The notes beneath the pieces are model-generated. The model searched no databases. It saw only the letters and a program-made list of their open reading frames with translations, and had not been told where the DNA came from. Positions 1 to 12,100 of a DNA stretch of 64,000 nucleotides are shown one piece after another. The position numbers and the translations under genes were made by a program. This stretch comes from Phoronis australis (taxonomy: Eukaryota > Animalia > Phoronida): the NCBI GenBank assembly GCA_002633005.1, contig NMRA01000501.1, forward strand, positions 160,886 through 224,885, read 5' to 3'. Every line of letters begins with the position of its first letter. Position 1 is the stretch's first letter.

Positions 1-174
1 GTTAAACTTACACTTATTTACAGTGTACTGTAGTTTCATTGAATCCACGATCACTCTCCTTTTCGAAGTTGCATGTGTCTATACTGTAGTTGTTTGTTGT
101 TGCTTCCATTAGCGCCACCTTTTAAGGACAACCGTCCTTATTTTCCAGTTTTCCGTGAAATGGTTCGTGGTTGA

Positions 175-352
175 TACGCCGTTAAATGTAACAATTTCGT
201 AAAATGTAACAACTATTACACTTACATTGTTTACGTTGCTAGGCCTCTCCTAAAATGTAACAAGTTGTTATATTTTATGCAGTTGTTACAATCTACGTCG
301 AATGCATATGCGAGAAATGTGTCATTGTTACATTTTACAAAAGCGGCGTCGT
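175..352. mobile_element. Small MITE-like element with subterminal AAATGTAACAA / TTGTTACATTT motifs
   Basis: Ends TACGCCG...CGGCGTCGTA are imperfectly inverted. AAATGTAACAA recurs on the left and its complement on the right. Confidence 0.35.
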
Positions 353-1745
353 ATTTCATGAGTTTGCATGGTACATGTATTTGTCACTAGGGAGAAAACG
401 GTTCACACACCAAACGCCTTTGTTGGTGACATTTCTTGATGTAGAAAATTAGTGTAATTAAAAGCAAAGTTACGTAATTTTAGTGACGATGTATAATTAA
501 TTAAATATATTGGTTGTTTTCCAACATTTGTATCCTCCTATGAGTGCATAGGAAGTGATTCAACACGTGTCTTTTACCAGTTGTGGGATGTTTGTTATAA
601 CAACTGTGCCTTGTTTTGCTAGTTGTGTAACTTTAAAGTCTTTGAAACCTGTCAGCTTTGGGATGAGGCATTTCCGACAACAACAATAATCAGAACTATT
701 ATCCATCGAAATTACTTAACTTTTGTCTGCCTACACCATATTTGATAATGACTTGGCTTCATTGTTGGAGTCCACAACTTTATTTAGGGAATGGTTTTGA
801 TACCAGCAACTTTATTCAAATAATTGTTTTGGAACTAGAGGTAGCACGTTAGAGGAAGTTTGTGGTTTTCATGTTTTGAACTATCTCGCCCACCTTTCTT
901 GTATTCCGTATAAATGTTCTGTTAGCTACTCTAGAATTCATATTGCTTGGAGAGAGGTTGCTTGCTTCAAAAATATTACAGATACCCAGGGTTGGTAAGA
1001 GACAACTTTATTTCTTGATGTTTTACTATTAACTTTGTCTTTAGAAACAATTATTCTCAGTTCTTTGATTATTTGATTAATTCATAGAAATTGTTGTAAC
1101 TACAAGTTTCTGCTAACTAGTGTTTGCCTAATTGTGAGTTGATATATCATCAGACATGCAGTTTTCTGTATTTTAGTATGATGTTATTCGTACTTCAATT
1201 TGTATTAGAGGTTTTTATTATCTTTATCAATTGTTTCAGGTTTAATCGTATTCGTAAATTATGGTATTCGTATCGTATCGTGTCATAAACAAAGTTTTAG
1301 GAACCACCGTTACGGTATTATTTTATACGCATGTAACCAGCACGGCCAACAACAAAAACAAAAACAAGAGGGACGGACATCTAATGTGCTTGTGGATACG
1401 CTACTGCCTTCTTTCTCGAATTGTTTGAATGAAATTCTATCAAATGTGTTTTTCATTTTTTAACATGAGTAGTTTGTTGGTATAATCAAAAATGTACTCC
1501 GTACAGTTTCAACTCCAGAAAAAAGGAGTTTCCACGATCAGGCAACAAGATTTTCAATTGTTAAAACGTTCCAGATGTTGCTAGGTTTTCAAACAAAAAT
1601 CATTTTAGTTATTAATCATTCCACCTAGGTGTTCCAATAAGCAGTATGCCAAATATCTGTGTTATGTCATCATTGTTGTCCGATGTTCTCGTGCAGTCAC
1701 TCTGCGCACTCGACACAATGTCAGAAGTAGACTGCTTTCTTTTAT

Positions 1746-2226
1746 TGTTTTGTTTGTTTACTAGCAGATAACGCTTGATTGACAGGACCCACGAGGTCAG
1801 ACCAGTGATGGTGCAATTTCTTTAAATTTGAGTAAAAGAGAAGATTCTAGAAGATTCCAGTTAATTAGTCTGGAACATTTTAGAGCCTAGTATTTGTAGA
1901 ATGACTGGATAGATTCAGGAAAATTCTACAATGTGCTTGAATTCGTGAATTTCAGAACATTCTAAGAGACTATAAATATTACCCAGGTACGAGTTAGTGA
2001 CAGTTGGTTAAATTCACTTGCTGAGTCGAGTTAAAGTTGCAACTGAGTATGAGTTACAGAATCAGCAGCTACAGCGTTAGTCAATAGAGCGCCACCTATT
2101 GCTAGACCCCAGGTTATTAATTAACGGATGACTGTACAAATAATGTAACAGTTACTAAAGTGTCTCTGAAGCTCATCACAAGTCAGGGTTGCCCAGATAT
2201 GGCTAGAGCATAGATCAGACATTACA
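1746..2226 (+). mobile_element. Solo-LTR-like segment
   Basis: About 480 bp bounded by TGT...ACA, with an internal TATAAATA (1971-1978) preceded by GAAnnTTC arrays. No convincing TSD, so the boundaries are tentative. Confidence 0.35.
1839..1978 (+). promoter_or_regulatory. Heat-shock element cluster followed by a TATA box
   Basis: aGAAg-aTTCt-aGAAg-aTTCc (1839-1858), aTTCa-gGAAa-aTTCt (1913-1927), further 2-unit sites at 1941-1963, then TATAAATA at 1971. Confidence 0.55.
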
Positions 2227-2471
2227 TCAAAGGTTTTGTTTGACTCGGATGACTTGTGAACGTACATGTACGGCCGAGATAAAGGGAAGTTAATACATTG
2301 ACATGTAGCCCCGGTCAGTAGCTTGAGATCGAGTCACGGACTATAAGTAAAGCATAAACAAGGTTGTTGACAATATGGACACTATTCGCAATATTTCAGT
2401 CTTGAAATGTTACCCGAACAAAACGCCTGAAGGCCTCGCAACGACTGCTCACGCATTTTGAGTCACTTAAT

Positions 2472-2875
2472 GTTGCTATTCGGAAAATCTACAACTAGAG
2501 GGCGTGCGTGTACTAGTGGTGATAGATTAACAGCCTCGATTTCGCGAGCCCTTTAAATACATGGTGAAATGGCTTGCAGCCGTGCCAACTGAATCTGAGA
2601 TTGCGTAAAAAGGGTGCTTCTATGAGGGGAAGTAAGCACGACCTCATACAAAGGTAAGGTTTGTGATCATTTTAACGATTATTCCATGATTATTCTACCG
2701 ATGCCTGTTAACTGAGGCACTCGCCGNTTAGCAGTAATAAGGCTTAGCGCGACGACGTATTTTGATAAAAATTCCATCTTTTACCAGTTGTTTACATGCA
2801 GACAGCGACGCATGCGCAATTCAATCACCACTAGTACAGCAGCGACACCGCGAGGAGAATTCTCCGAATAGCCCC
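2472..2875. mobile_element. Short or assembly-collapsed copy of an ISL2EU-like DNA transposon
   Basis: TIR GCTATTCGGA...TCCGAATAGCCCC flanked by AT on both sides. The left half matches 41202-41465 and the right half matches about 44998-45125. A single N at 2726 sits at the junction. Confidence 0.7.
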
Positions 2876-2993
2876 ATTGTCTAACAGGTGCCTGGACTGC
2901 ATTAATTATTTCTTGGGGACCTGTGTTCATGAGTGCGTGAGCCGTGTTGTTGGGGTTGCTTGCTGTTGACATTTTAGTGTTTGCTGTTTCTAG

Positions 2994-3187
2994 TTGCAGA
3001 ACAAGACTGTATCGAAGCAGACGACTGGCCCCGAGGTCTCCGTTATCGAGGCAAGATAAACGTGACAATATCACGACTTAAAGCCACTGGCAAGAACGTA
3101 TCGTGTCAGAGATGGACAGCACAGTCCCCGAACACGCACATTTTCGGCCACAATCCAAGCGCTCTAGGAGCATCGACTGTGGCGGAA
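2994..3187 (+). CDS. Gene 1 exon: kringle N-terminal half
   Basis: CIEADDWPRGLRYRGKINVT...SCQRWTAQSPNTH matches kringle C..G..YRG....T..G..CQ.W..Q.PH.H. Alternative in-frame acceptor at 3000; phase-0 donor GAA|GTAATT. Confidence 0.85.
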
Positions 3188-6100
3188 GTAATTGAAACTT
3201 AGTTTATAATCACATTGTAATAAACGTCCAAGCAGATAGTTTCAGTGATAGCCGAATAACTACCCATGGGTTTCCTTCAGGAAGGCTTTGCCCACAGTAG
3301 CTGCGGCTTGCAAACGGACACGTGGCAGTTTGCCATATCAGGCTATTGCCGCGATCGCCAATCTCAGTTTTAAAGTTCATTATTTTGTAAATGATTTTTG
3401 GCCCATGTGACTCAAACGGGTTGCCGTTGGTCTTCTTGTATTGATGCCGGCAGGGTTTCCTTCCGCTGGTATCGCCATAACAGGAGCATGCTCATTCGAT
3501 ACAATACGTCATTTAATTTCCGTACATAGTACGACTGTACATATAAAATTATATGTCGTAATGTACACGGTAACGCCACACAAAACTGGAGGAACTGTGC
3601 ATCGACTGAGCTTGGGCAGGAGCGTCATTAAGCACAATGCGCTGGCAAACTGTGGTGGGCGGCAGAGTTTCACCTTAAAGAAGCTCTCTCACGGCTATTG
3701 CTGCAACAATCGGACTTTATTCTACGTTGCAGAAAGGTTTATTGAACCAGGTGCCATTAACCTTTTGAGTGGCTTTAAATAGTTTTATCGGACCAAGTAA
3801 ATCAAGAATAACCGACGGTGCTATCTCAATAATTTGACAAAGAAAAAAACGACATTGTATCGTCATTTCGTAGGAAAGGGACAGTCCTCTTTAAAGCCCG
3901 TGGTGATTAAAATTTGAACACCAATGGACTAGGACATGAAATGTCAGTGAAGGATGCGTGGAGCCCATAGAGGCACACTGCAATCCGTGTTCAATGGAGC
4001 AATTCGGTGTTTCAGCTATAGGCGCTGAAACACTGGTAATTTTGACGAACTGGATCGTAAAATGTCACAAAACTATTCCCTAATTATCCAATTACTACCA
4101 CCAAATAAGTTTATATTTTGTGATTTTCCCGTCATTTGGAGTTACAAGTAGTTTCTTCGCGAGAGACAATTTGTTTTCTTAAAGTGCCATTTGTATTCGA
4201 ACGGACATTAAGCTATTGACGTACATGTATGCACGTAGTCTTGGGCTAGTGCCTGATGGCCTCCTAAGATCAATGGCGGATCTACGTTTTCAGTAACGGG
4301 GGTGGGGGGTTCAGAATTCGCACGGCGAAACCGAGGCGCGTAGTGCAGAGCGGGGGAAGGTCGGGAGGGTGTCTTCCCCCGCCCGTGTAAGAGATTTTTT
4401 TGTTTTTGTAGCCAAATATTGCAATTTCTAGGTATTCTGGGGATTTTGTGGCACTTAACGTGTCTCTGAAGTTGATTTAAAACCCTTGTCGATTTTGTTT
4501 TAATGAACTTGCCTCGTAAGTTCCGTAAAACCATATTTATGCACATCCGGGTATGAGTCACACCACCAGCAAAATTTTTGTAAGAACACAATTCAACACA
4601 CACCCATTTTTAGCAACTACCAAATGTTCAAGAGCATAAGGAGCACCAACAGCCACGTAAATACATAACAATTAATCAGATGATCGCGTGGCAACAGCCT
4701 CCAGCTGTTTAAGAACAATGACTGGCATTGTTATGCCCGGAAACAAACAAATGTTCTGTCTCGTTACCAGAAAATGAGGAACAATGGTGATATCAGCGCA
4801 AAGTATATTACTGAACACGACAATGAACACTGTCACAACTAAAAAACGTCAAATGTATCCGGAAAAACTACCTAAAACATTTTCAAAACCAAAACAGCTG
4901 TACACCGTGGTGAAAAGATGTACAAGATCAATTCGCTGATGGACCAGATATACACTGAGAGTCAATACACAAATAAGCTGGTCTGGTCTGTCGCTAGATA
5001 AAAAGTACACTGTGCTAAATATCTCAACAAAAAGTACTGACTGAGGTAAATAATTTTACAAAGCATTGTGGTAAACAGATGTATAACGTATGTTATGTAG
5101 CTCACAGCAAAATAGCGAGTTCGTCGTGGTTCCAAAATATAAAAGTAGATCGGGAGAACTCTTCAAAAAGAACAGCACCCCTCCGCACGACTCGTGAATA
5201 CTCCAAGCACTTCGGCAATACCTATGTTCATGAGCTGTTCCCATAAAATCTACAATGACAGACAAAATCAGGTGACCACTACATTGAAAACTGCTCCATT
5301 GACACTTTTTGATCGCCAGTGCTTGTTCATATACGTATTTTATGGATCAGTGACAAAGCTTGGCGCACTTTCAGTCACACAAGATAGACTTGCAGAACAC
5401 ACGCCTTGGGTTGCGCTGGATAAAGCGCTTGACGACCAGTGACGTGTCTTGTCCTTTCGTTGTTTCGTAATGCAAGGCCATCAGAGATAACTCATCAAGC
5501 CTTTCCTCAGACATAGTAGCCCTCAAATAAATGTGTCTTCACACGCCTCTCTGCCTCACAGGATCCAATAGGGGATGCACATCCTATCAATATCAGCTCC
5601 CTGACGTTTGGAAAGATGTCGCCCTCTGCGTGCTCAAGTGCTGAACGCAAGCTACTTGGCAGTTCCTCTAGATTTCGACTATTCCAGAAGGACCACCAGC
5701 GTCGGAGCTCTCGCTGAAATTAGAGCAAAGACATGGATACTTTTATGTTTCTAATATTACTTAGGACAATCGGTAATTTAACAGAAGAGACAACGTGTTA
5801 CTCAAAATGCCAATGGTCAGAAGGGAGTCACCTTCAAGGAGTCTGGTGATGGCAAGTCTATGTCCCAGACATGGAGCCGATCTTCCAGTGAGTCTAACTC
5901 TGCATCTCTCATCCTGCTAACCACTAATGGCACAAGGGACATGACAGCTTCCACCTGCCTGTCGTCTTTCGATAACCTGGTGGTCAGCTGCTGCTACACC
6001 TTGTCTAGGAAGGGTATTCCCACGGTTCTTCTGTATTACTCACTGGAACAAACAAGTATTGACAGCAAATTTAACTTCGCACTACGTGACATAGAAAAGC

Positions 6101-9100
6101 AGATAAAGAGCAAAGTGGAAATACAAAATAGATTCGTCTTCTCTGTGCTCGCAGATCCTCTGCTTTAGTGGGTAAATTTAGCATGTCCGAAAATAATTTT
6201 CTTTTTTCGTTTTAATTGTACACAAGCATCAAAGAAAGGAGTAAGTCAGAAAAAGAAATTATGTATAAAACGTGTAAAATTGCAATGTATTACCTGGGTG
6301 TTTCTGCAGGAACGTTTGCCCTATGCTTATGGTGTCTGGATTGCCGAGAAAATTGGATAACGGATCCAATATTCTCAGCTGTGGTTTGCGCATCTTGGAA
6401 CCATTCAACCCAGACGTCATCGTTGTTTGTTCTCAATGCTTGTACTTCGTCAACTGCTGTGTCAATGAGCTTGTAAGCATTTACAACGCCAGCGTCTCGT
6501 TTTTGCAGCTTGGCACTAGGCCCCTTGAGGTTGTCAAGTCCGTTCAAAAGAGTCAGAAGCGAAACTATATTTGACCCGCTAATCATGGACTTCTTCAAAT
6601 TTTGTGCTTTTGTCAAGAACGATGCATCCCAAGACCAATTTGCATCTCTTGTCTCCTCAATCTGGGGATATTGATTGGGTACTACCATAGCATCAAACGT
6701 GGGGAAGATATACTCAAAGAGAGCATGGGACATTTCTAGAAATTCATGTCCCTCAGTCCATCTGGTTTTGAAGAGACCATTGACACCAAATAAAGCTCAT
6801 GTGGGTGGGTCTTTCAGCAAAAATTTCCATTACAGAAGACGGCAGTCTTTCGTATTGTGGGTAGGAACAAGGTCAGTGCTGAGGTCTGCATCAGAGCTCC
6901 TTTTGCGATGCTGAAATATGGATATCTAGGAGGCCTATTGAACACATCTGCGCGAGTGCCGCAAGACATGCTGGGAGCGTACTGCTTGCACGCAATTTCT
7001 GATACTGTACACTGTTCGAGTACGTCGTCAACCAAACTACAGTGCCGTCCATAAAAGCACTCACAAGGGAATGGAAAACGTGTTGATCGTTTTTAAAATG
7101 AATACGTGCGCAAGACAACTTTATTTTTCACCAGTCAAATTCAAGTTACAAATGTGCGAATAATAATCGGAAGACAAGGCATGACAGATGAAGACAATTT
7201 CGATGGCTCCGGGAATTGAACTCAGGTTGCACGAGTGAGAGACAAAAGTTTATCCAGTTCAGTCAAGAAACGCTTGCCGCTTGACACCTGACCTAGAGTG
7301 TCTATCTGGCTGTACGTCACACCCGGTAGTCACGTGTCATAACACGAGGTAAAAACGTAGCACGTTGATATGCCTGAATGTCAGGGGTGCGGTACCATAA
7401 CATTTTCTCTAATCATTTCAAAACATATCTTAGAGTAAAGACGCTAGTTACCTAAAAAAATCGGCTACGGATCTTTGCTTTTTCCGCGGTGGATCCAGCT
7501 AAAATGCTTCGCTACTTCAGACGGAAGCGTGCACACAACTGAACTCCGCGCGACTTGTTGAGGTGTCACGAACTCGCTGGTTCCTTGCGTGTCCGCTAGG
7601 GGCCTAGGTTCACGTTTGATAATTCCAAAAGAACAGTGGTACAGCCGTAGTAATTATGATCGAGTTTCTCTTTTGATATCTTATTGGTTATATAGAAATT
7701 TAATGAGATCATGAAGTATGAAACTTTGACCGCCCTTTGTAGGTTCAAAACTACTGTCGGAATGTGAACAATAACGAGAAGCAGCCCTGGTGCTATATAA
7801 CAAGACCAGCTGATCGTCGGGGCAGCAGCACCAGCAGATTGATAGTCATCCCAAACGTGACTGATGTAAAAAAGGGACAGGAGACCCGCTGGCAGTATTG
7901 CTACGTGCCCAAGTGTATTCCGGGTAAGAGTAGTCCGTCGTTACTGTTACTAATAGGAGTTGTCCAGATAATACAACCTACACAGGTGCATAATAACGAT
8001 GGACACAGTCGCCTTTGTACAAAAGTAAATCTCCACTCCGTTGGAGTCTATGCTTGAGGGTGATCCTTCGCTTTTCTAGTGACATATATATTCGGCATTT
8101 AAATGTGACTGGGAGCGAACACAAGGTATTGGAAGCAATAAAAACCGAATTTTTGCAATTAAGAACTGACAGCCCTGGACACTGTTCCCTTGTTTTATGG
8201 CGCGAAAGACGTCCACAGCAACTCGATAATTGTTGTCTAGACTGAGTACGCTTAAAGGAGTTTGAGTAAGTTTTAGTGGTCGCCATTTCAAGTTGGAGCA
8301 ATAACAGAATTTCTACGTAATGTAAGGGTTTGCATGGTTGTCAATTGCTCTGGAGTCTGAGTTTGTCTTAAACATGAAAAGAATCCTACCGGTTGCCACC
8401 TTAACCGGTCGAGATTGGGCAACTCGACTAGTTTCCGCACCATAGAATTTACCGGTTCAGATCAAAGACACCATGCTGTTTTGGATAATTACATTGCACC
8501 AGGCTGCTGGTGTTATTGTGCTCTAGATAATGAGACCATCATAAACACATTAGATAAACAATAGCATTTTTAAATTTTCGTTTGAAAGTTTGTAAATAGC
8601 ATATTTGAATAGTTCGTGAAAAGCACAAGTGTTTAGATTTTTGAACTTTGAAATCTCGACAAGGAATGCGACTTTTACAAACTCAAACGTTTGTTTAATT
8701 TTGCAATATTATGTTCCTCGTTAATTCTGCTGGGTGTGATTGGGCCACTTACCAAACCACCAGGCAACAGCTTGATTCTGAGGTAAGCCAAGTGTCATCC
8801 TACAATTGCTGGCATGAAGGGAAGATCAAATGAGAGTAAAGTTTGTGTTCACGCCCACTGCACTAGAAACGTCATTTTACGAAACGTTGAAAGTTCATTC
8901 AAACCGCCGTGTAACCCTCTGGTCATGTTTAAGTCAATTTCCAGTGAACGTTTTGATCTATAACTGCTTCACGTCTCTGCACTTCACCAAAACTAAAAGT
9001 AGTCAATATTACGCTGTGGATATATTGTCTTTGTCGTGCTCTTTTAGTTTGCTGTAACGCGCGTCTTTACTTTGACTCTTTCGACCAGAGCCGGGAAACT

Positions 9101-12100
9101 GGAGTCCGTGGAGAAAAGGGCTTTGCTCACTAACGTGTGGTAATGGAGAAAGGGTGCTGACACGCACCTGCAGTAACCCAGCACCCAAGCACGGCGGGCA
9201 GTGTGAACAACCCTTACTGAATAAGAAGACTGAGGTCTGTCACGAGAGGAATTGCCCAAGTATGTCTTCACATACATGTCAGAGCCCATAGAAACCGCGT
9301 AGTTTGTCAAAGTTTAGATAACTGTCACTAGCGATGTTATAAATTTTAACCCAGTTTAAAGGTTTTAATTGTAAGAATGAGCAGCAATCAAATTCAACCG
9401 TAAATTTGTCTGCCGTGAAGTCCCGGTAAGTGCCTGGTTTTGAAAGATTGGTCGCTTTTTATCATACAGTGTAGCTTTATGGAATAGGCTGTGTTTCGTG
9501 TTTCGGGTCTTGTACACCGAAAGAACAAGGTGGGGCCGGTATCAATTATCCAGGCGGTAGACTCGTAGGCCTACACGTAACACAACGTAACACAACTCGA
9601 AAACGTTGTCGATATGACATGTTATTTCGATTATTACACATTAAAAAGGTTCCAGCTAGAGAGTCAACCAGAGTCAGAGGCATCGGTAACACCTCGGATA
9701 TTTTCTTAGCTTCAAATTTCCCGGATGTTTGGCCTAGTCAAACGACAACCGTCTGGTAATGCTTTTGAAAAACCACGGCAGCCCCGAAGATGAAATACCC
9801 CGAATTGTAAATTTGTTTTTCGCAGCCGACGGTAAGTGGACGGAGTGGGAATTACATGGCCATTGTACGAAGACATGCGGGGGAGGCAAGAGAAGCATTG
9901 CACGTTCCTGCACCAATCCCCCTCCACAGTACGGTGGCAAGGACTGTCCGGGCGAGCAGCAGAAATTCAACATTAGAGAGTGTAACACCCTCCCTTGTCC
10001 GGGTGAGTTCCACTGCCATTAGAATAAACTTGCTATTACCTGACCTCGGTCAAAACCTAACCGCTGTAAACCTGGACTAGATTTGATACATGTGCTTTAG
10101 CTGCTTAAGAAGATCCGACATTTTACCGTTGTTTAAGACAATGCTTGGCGCGTAAAATAAAAATGAAAATACCGGTCAATCAGTATGCTCCGAATGTGGT
10201 TGGGTTGACTGTTTCGTTACTCCATGTAGTTGTATTGTTTTTCATTGGTGAGGATTGCTATTACCGATTTGGAGAATACTTTTTAAGAAAGTGTATCTTT
10301 CCGGACCGATCCTCTCGTTTTTCTCTAATCAAGCGTACTTTTCAGTATCAAAATGCTTAAAATCATCAATTTCGTACAAAAAACACAATGAAAGAAAAAC
10401 CTCAACAGTCACCAGGTGTAAAATTAGAGCAAGGAGCGTACGAGTATAGGAGAGTTCACTCCGCCCTTTTACCATTCGCCGCAATGGTTACCGGTCGAAA
10501 CACTAGCGTTCCAAGCGGTGAATAATCAATACTTACTTAGGAGCGCAGTCCGAACAATGTAAACACTGATGAATTCATACTTTAATGGCGTTCAACGTGC
10601 AATAAAATTACTGTGTGATTGAAAGTGGTTAGAATACGTAAACTAACATCCACTTATAATCGAATGAGAATGAAAATGTGTATTTTAATCAATATTAAAG
10701 TGTATTTGTTTTTATTCTTTTGAAGCTCCCTTCAAAGTCTATCACGGTCTTGTTTCATGTTTGAGTTCTTAACAAGGCAAATTATCTTTCCATATAACAG
10801 TTCATACCTCCATGGACAATAAAATTTGAATGATTGCTCCTGGGGGTTCAGAGGGTAATTCCCCACAGGTGACAGATAAGGGGGTACAAGGCAAAAACCA
10901 TGTGGGCGCCAAATGGCGGTGTTGACCATCTCCCAGGGGGCTTACATGGGAGGAGTGCTAAACAGGTAAAAACCAATGGGGGTATGCCACATGGGTGTTG
11001 AGCCATTCCCATTGTAATAAATTTTGGTTGCTCCCCTGACCATTGACAAACATGTTGCTCCCAGCTCACTGCTGGTTTCACCTCCACCCAATTTCGCATG
11101 TGTTCCTTATTCAATGCACCAGGATACTAACAATGTGAATAATTGTTTGGTGTAGTGGGTGTTACACATGTAAGAAGAAGAAAGCAATTCATCACTACCA
11201 CAAAATCGTAATATAATTTTAGAACATCCCATTATTTCTTAGACATTCCAGCATAGGGTAAACTCGATTGCACTCTCCCACGCGCGCACCCAGGGGGCTC
11301 GGGGGGCTTGAACGAGACAAAAAGTCNNNNNNNNNNNNNNNNNNNNNNNNNNNNNNNNNNNNNNNNNNNNNNNNNNNNNNNNNNNNNNNNNNNNNNNNNN
11401 NNNNNNNNNNNNNNNNNNNNNNNNNNNNNNNNNNNNNNNNNNNNNNNNNNNNNNNNNNNNNNNNNNNNNNNNNNNNNNNNNNNNNNNNNNNNNNNNNNNN
11501 NNNNNNNNNNNNNNNNNNNNNNNNNNNNNNNNNNNNNNNNNCCACAACATCATGTGAAGGAGTATCCGTGCCCATACTTTGCCGGAACATCGTATCTCAG
11601 AAACAGCTGGCAGGACTTATACGAAACCTTTAGGTATTGTGCTTCATGCGCTATCATCCAAACCTCTGTTAGAAACTGTTTTTGAAATGTTCCGTTTTGC
11701 ATGGGTCGTTGGGGGGCGGGGGTGCGTGTGTGCGTGTTAAGAGTGAGAATGTCTAGTTTTTGTCTTACATGTCTTTGTATTTTTGCTCTGTTTACCAATA
11801 AAAAACATTGCATTATAAGAAAACAAAAGCATAATTTCGGAAAATGTAGAATAGACTTTTAGATTTTATCTTTACATCTAAATAAAGACACTTCTCCATG
11901 TTCTTGATACCGTAGTTTTTCTATAGAAATAGCTTTGTTTTTCGCTAAGTTTTACTAGAAACACATGACCAAGTGACCCAATCAATGTGATGAATGTCAC
12001 AAAATAAACTCTACAGGCTTTCAATTTTTAGCATAAAAATGCTTCTACTAAGTTAAAAATCTTACGGTGAGATGTCTTGTAAATACAATTGCTGATATAA

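Noticed and set aside
1629-1770. Possible upstream or signal-peptide exon of gene 1
   Set aside because: The candidate translations are not convincingly signal-like and the donor site is weak.
2472-2875. Short ISL2EU copy as a true internal-deletion derivative
   Set aside because: The deletion point coincides with an N at 2726, so it may be an assembly collapse.
9712-9988. Antisense ORFs over real exons (also 27846-28064, 35486-35692)
   Set aside because: Shadow frames of the true coding strand.
11219-11685. ORFs spanning the N run (also 45624-46523)
   Set aside because: Artefacts of translating gaps.
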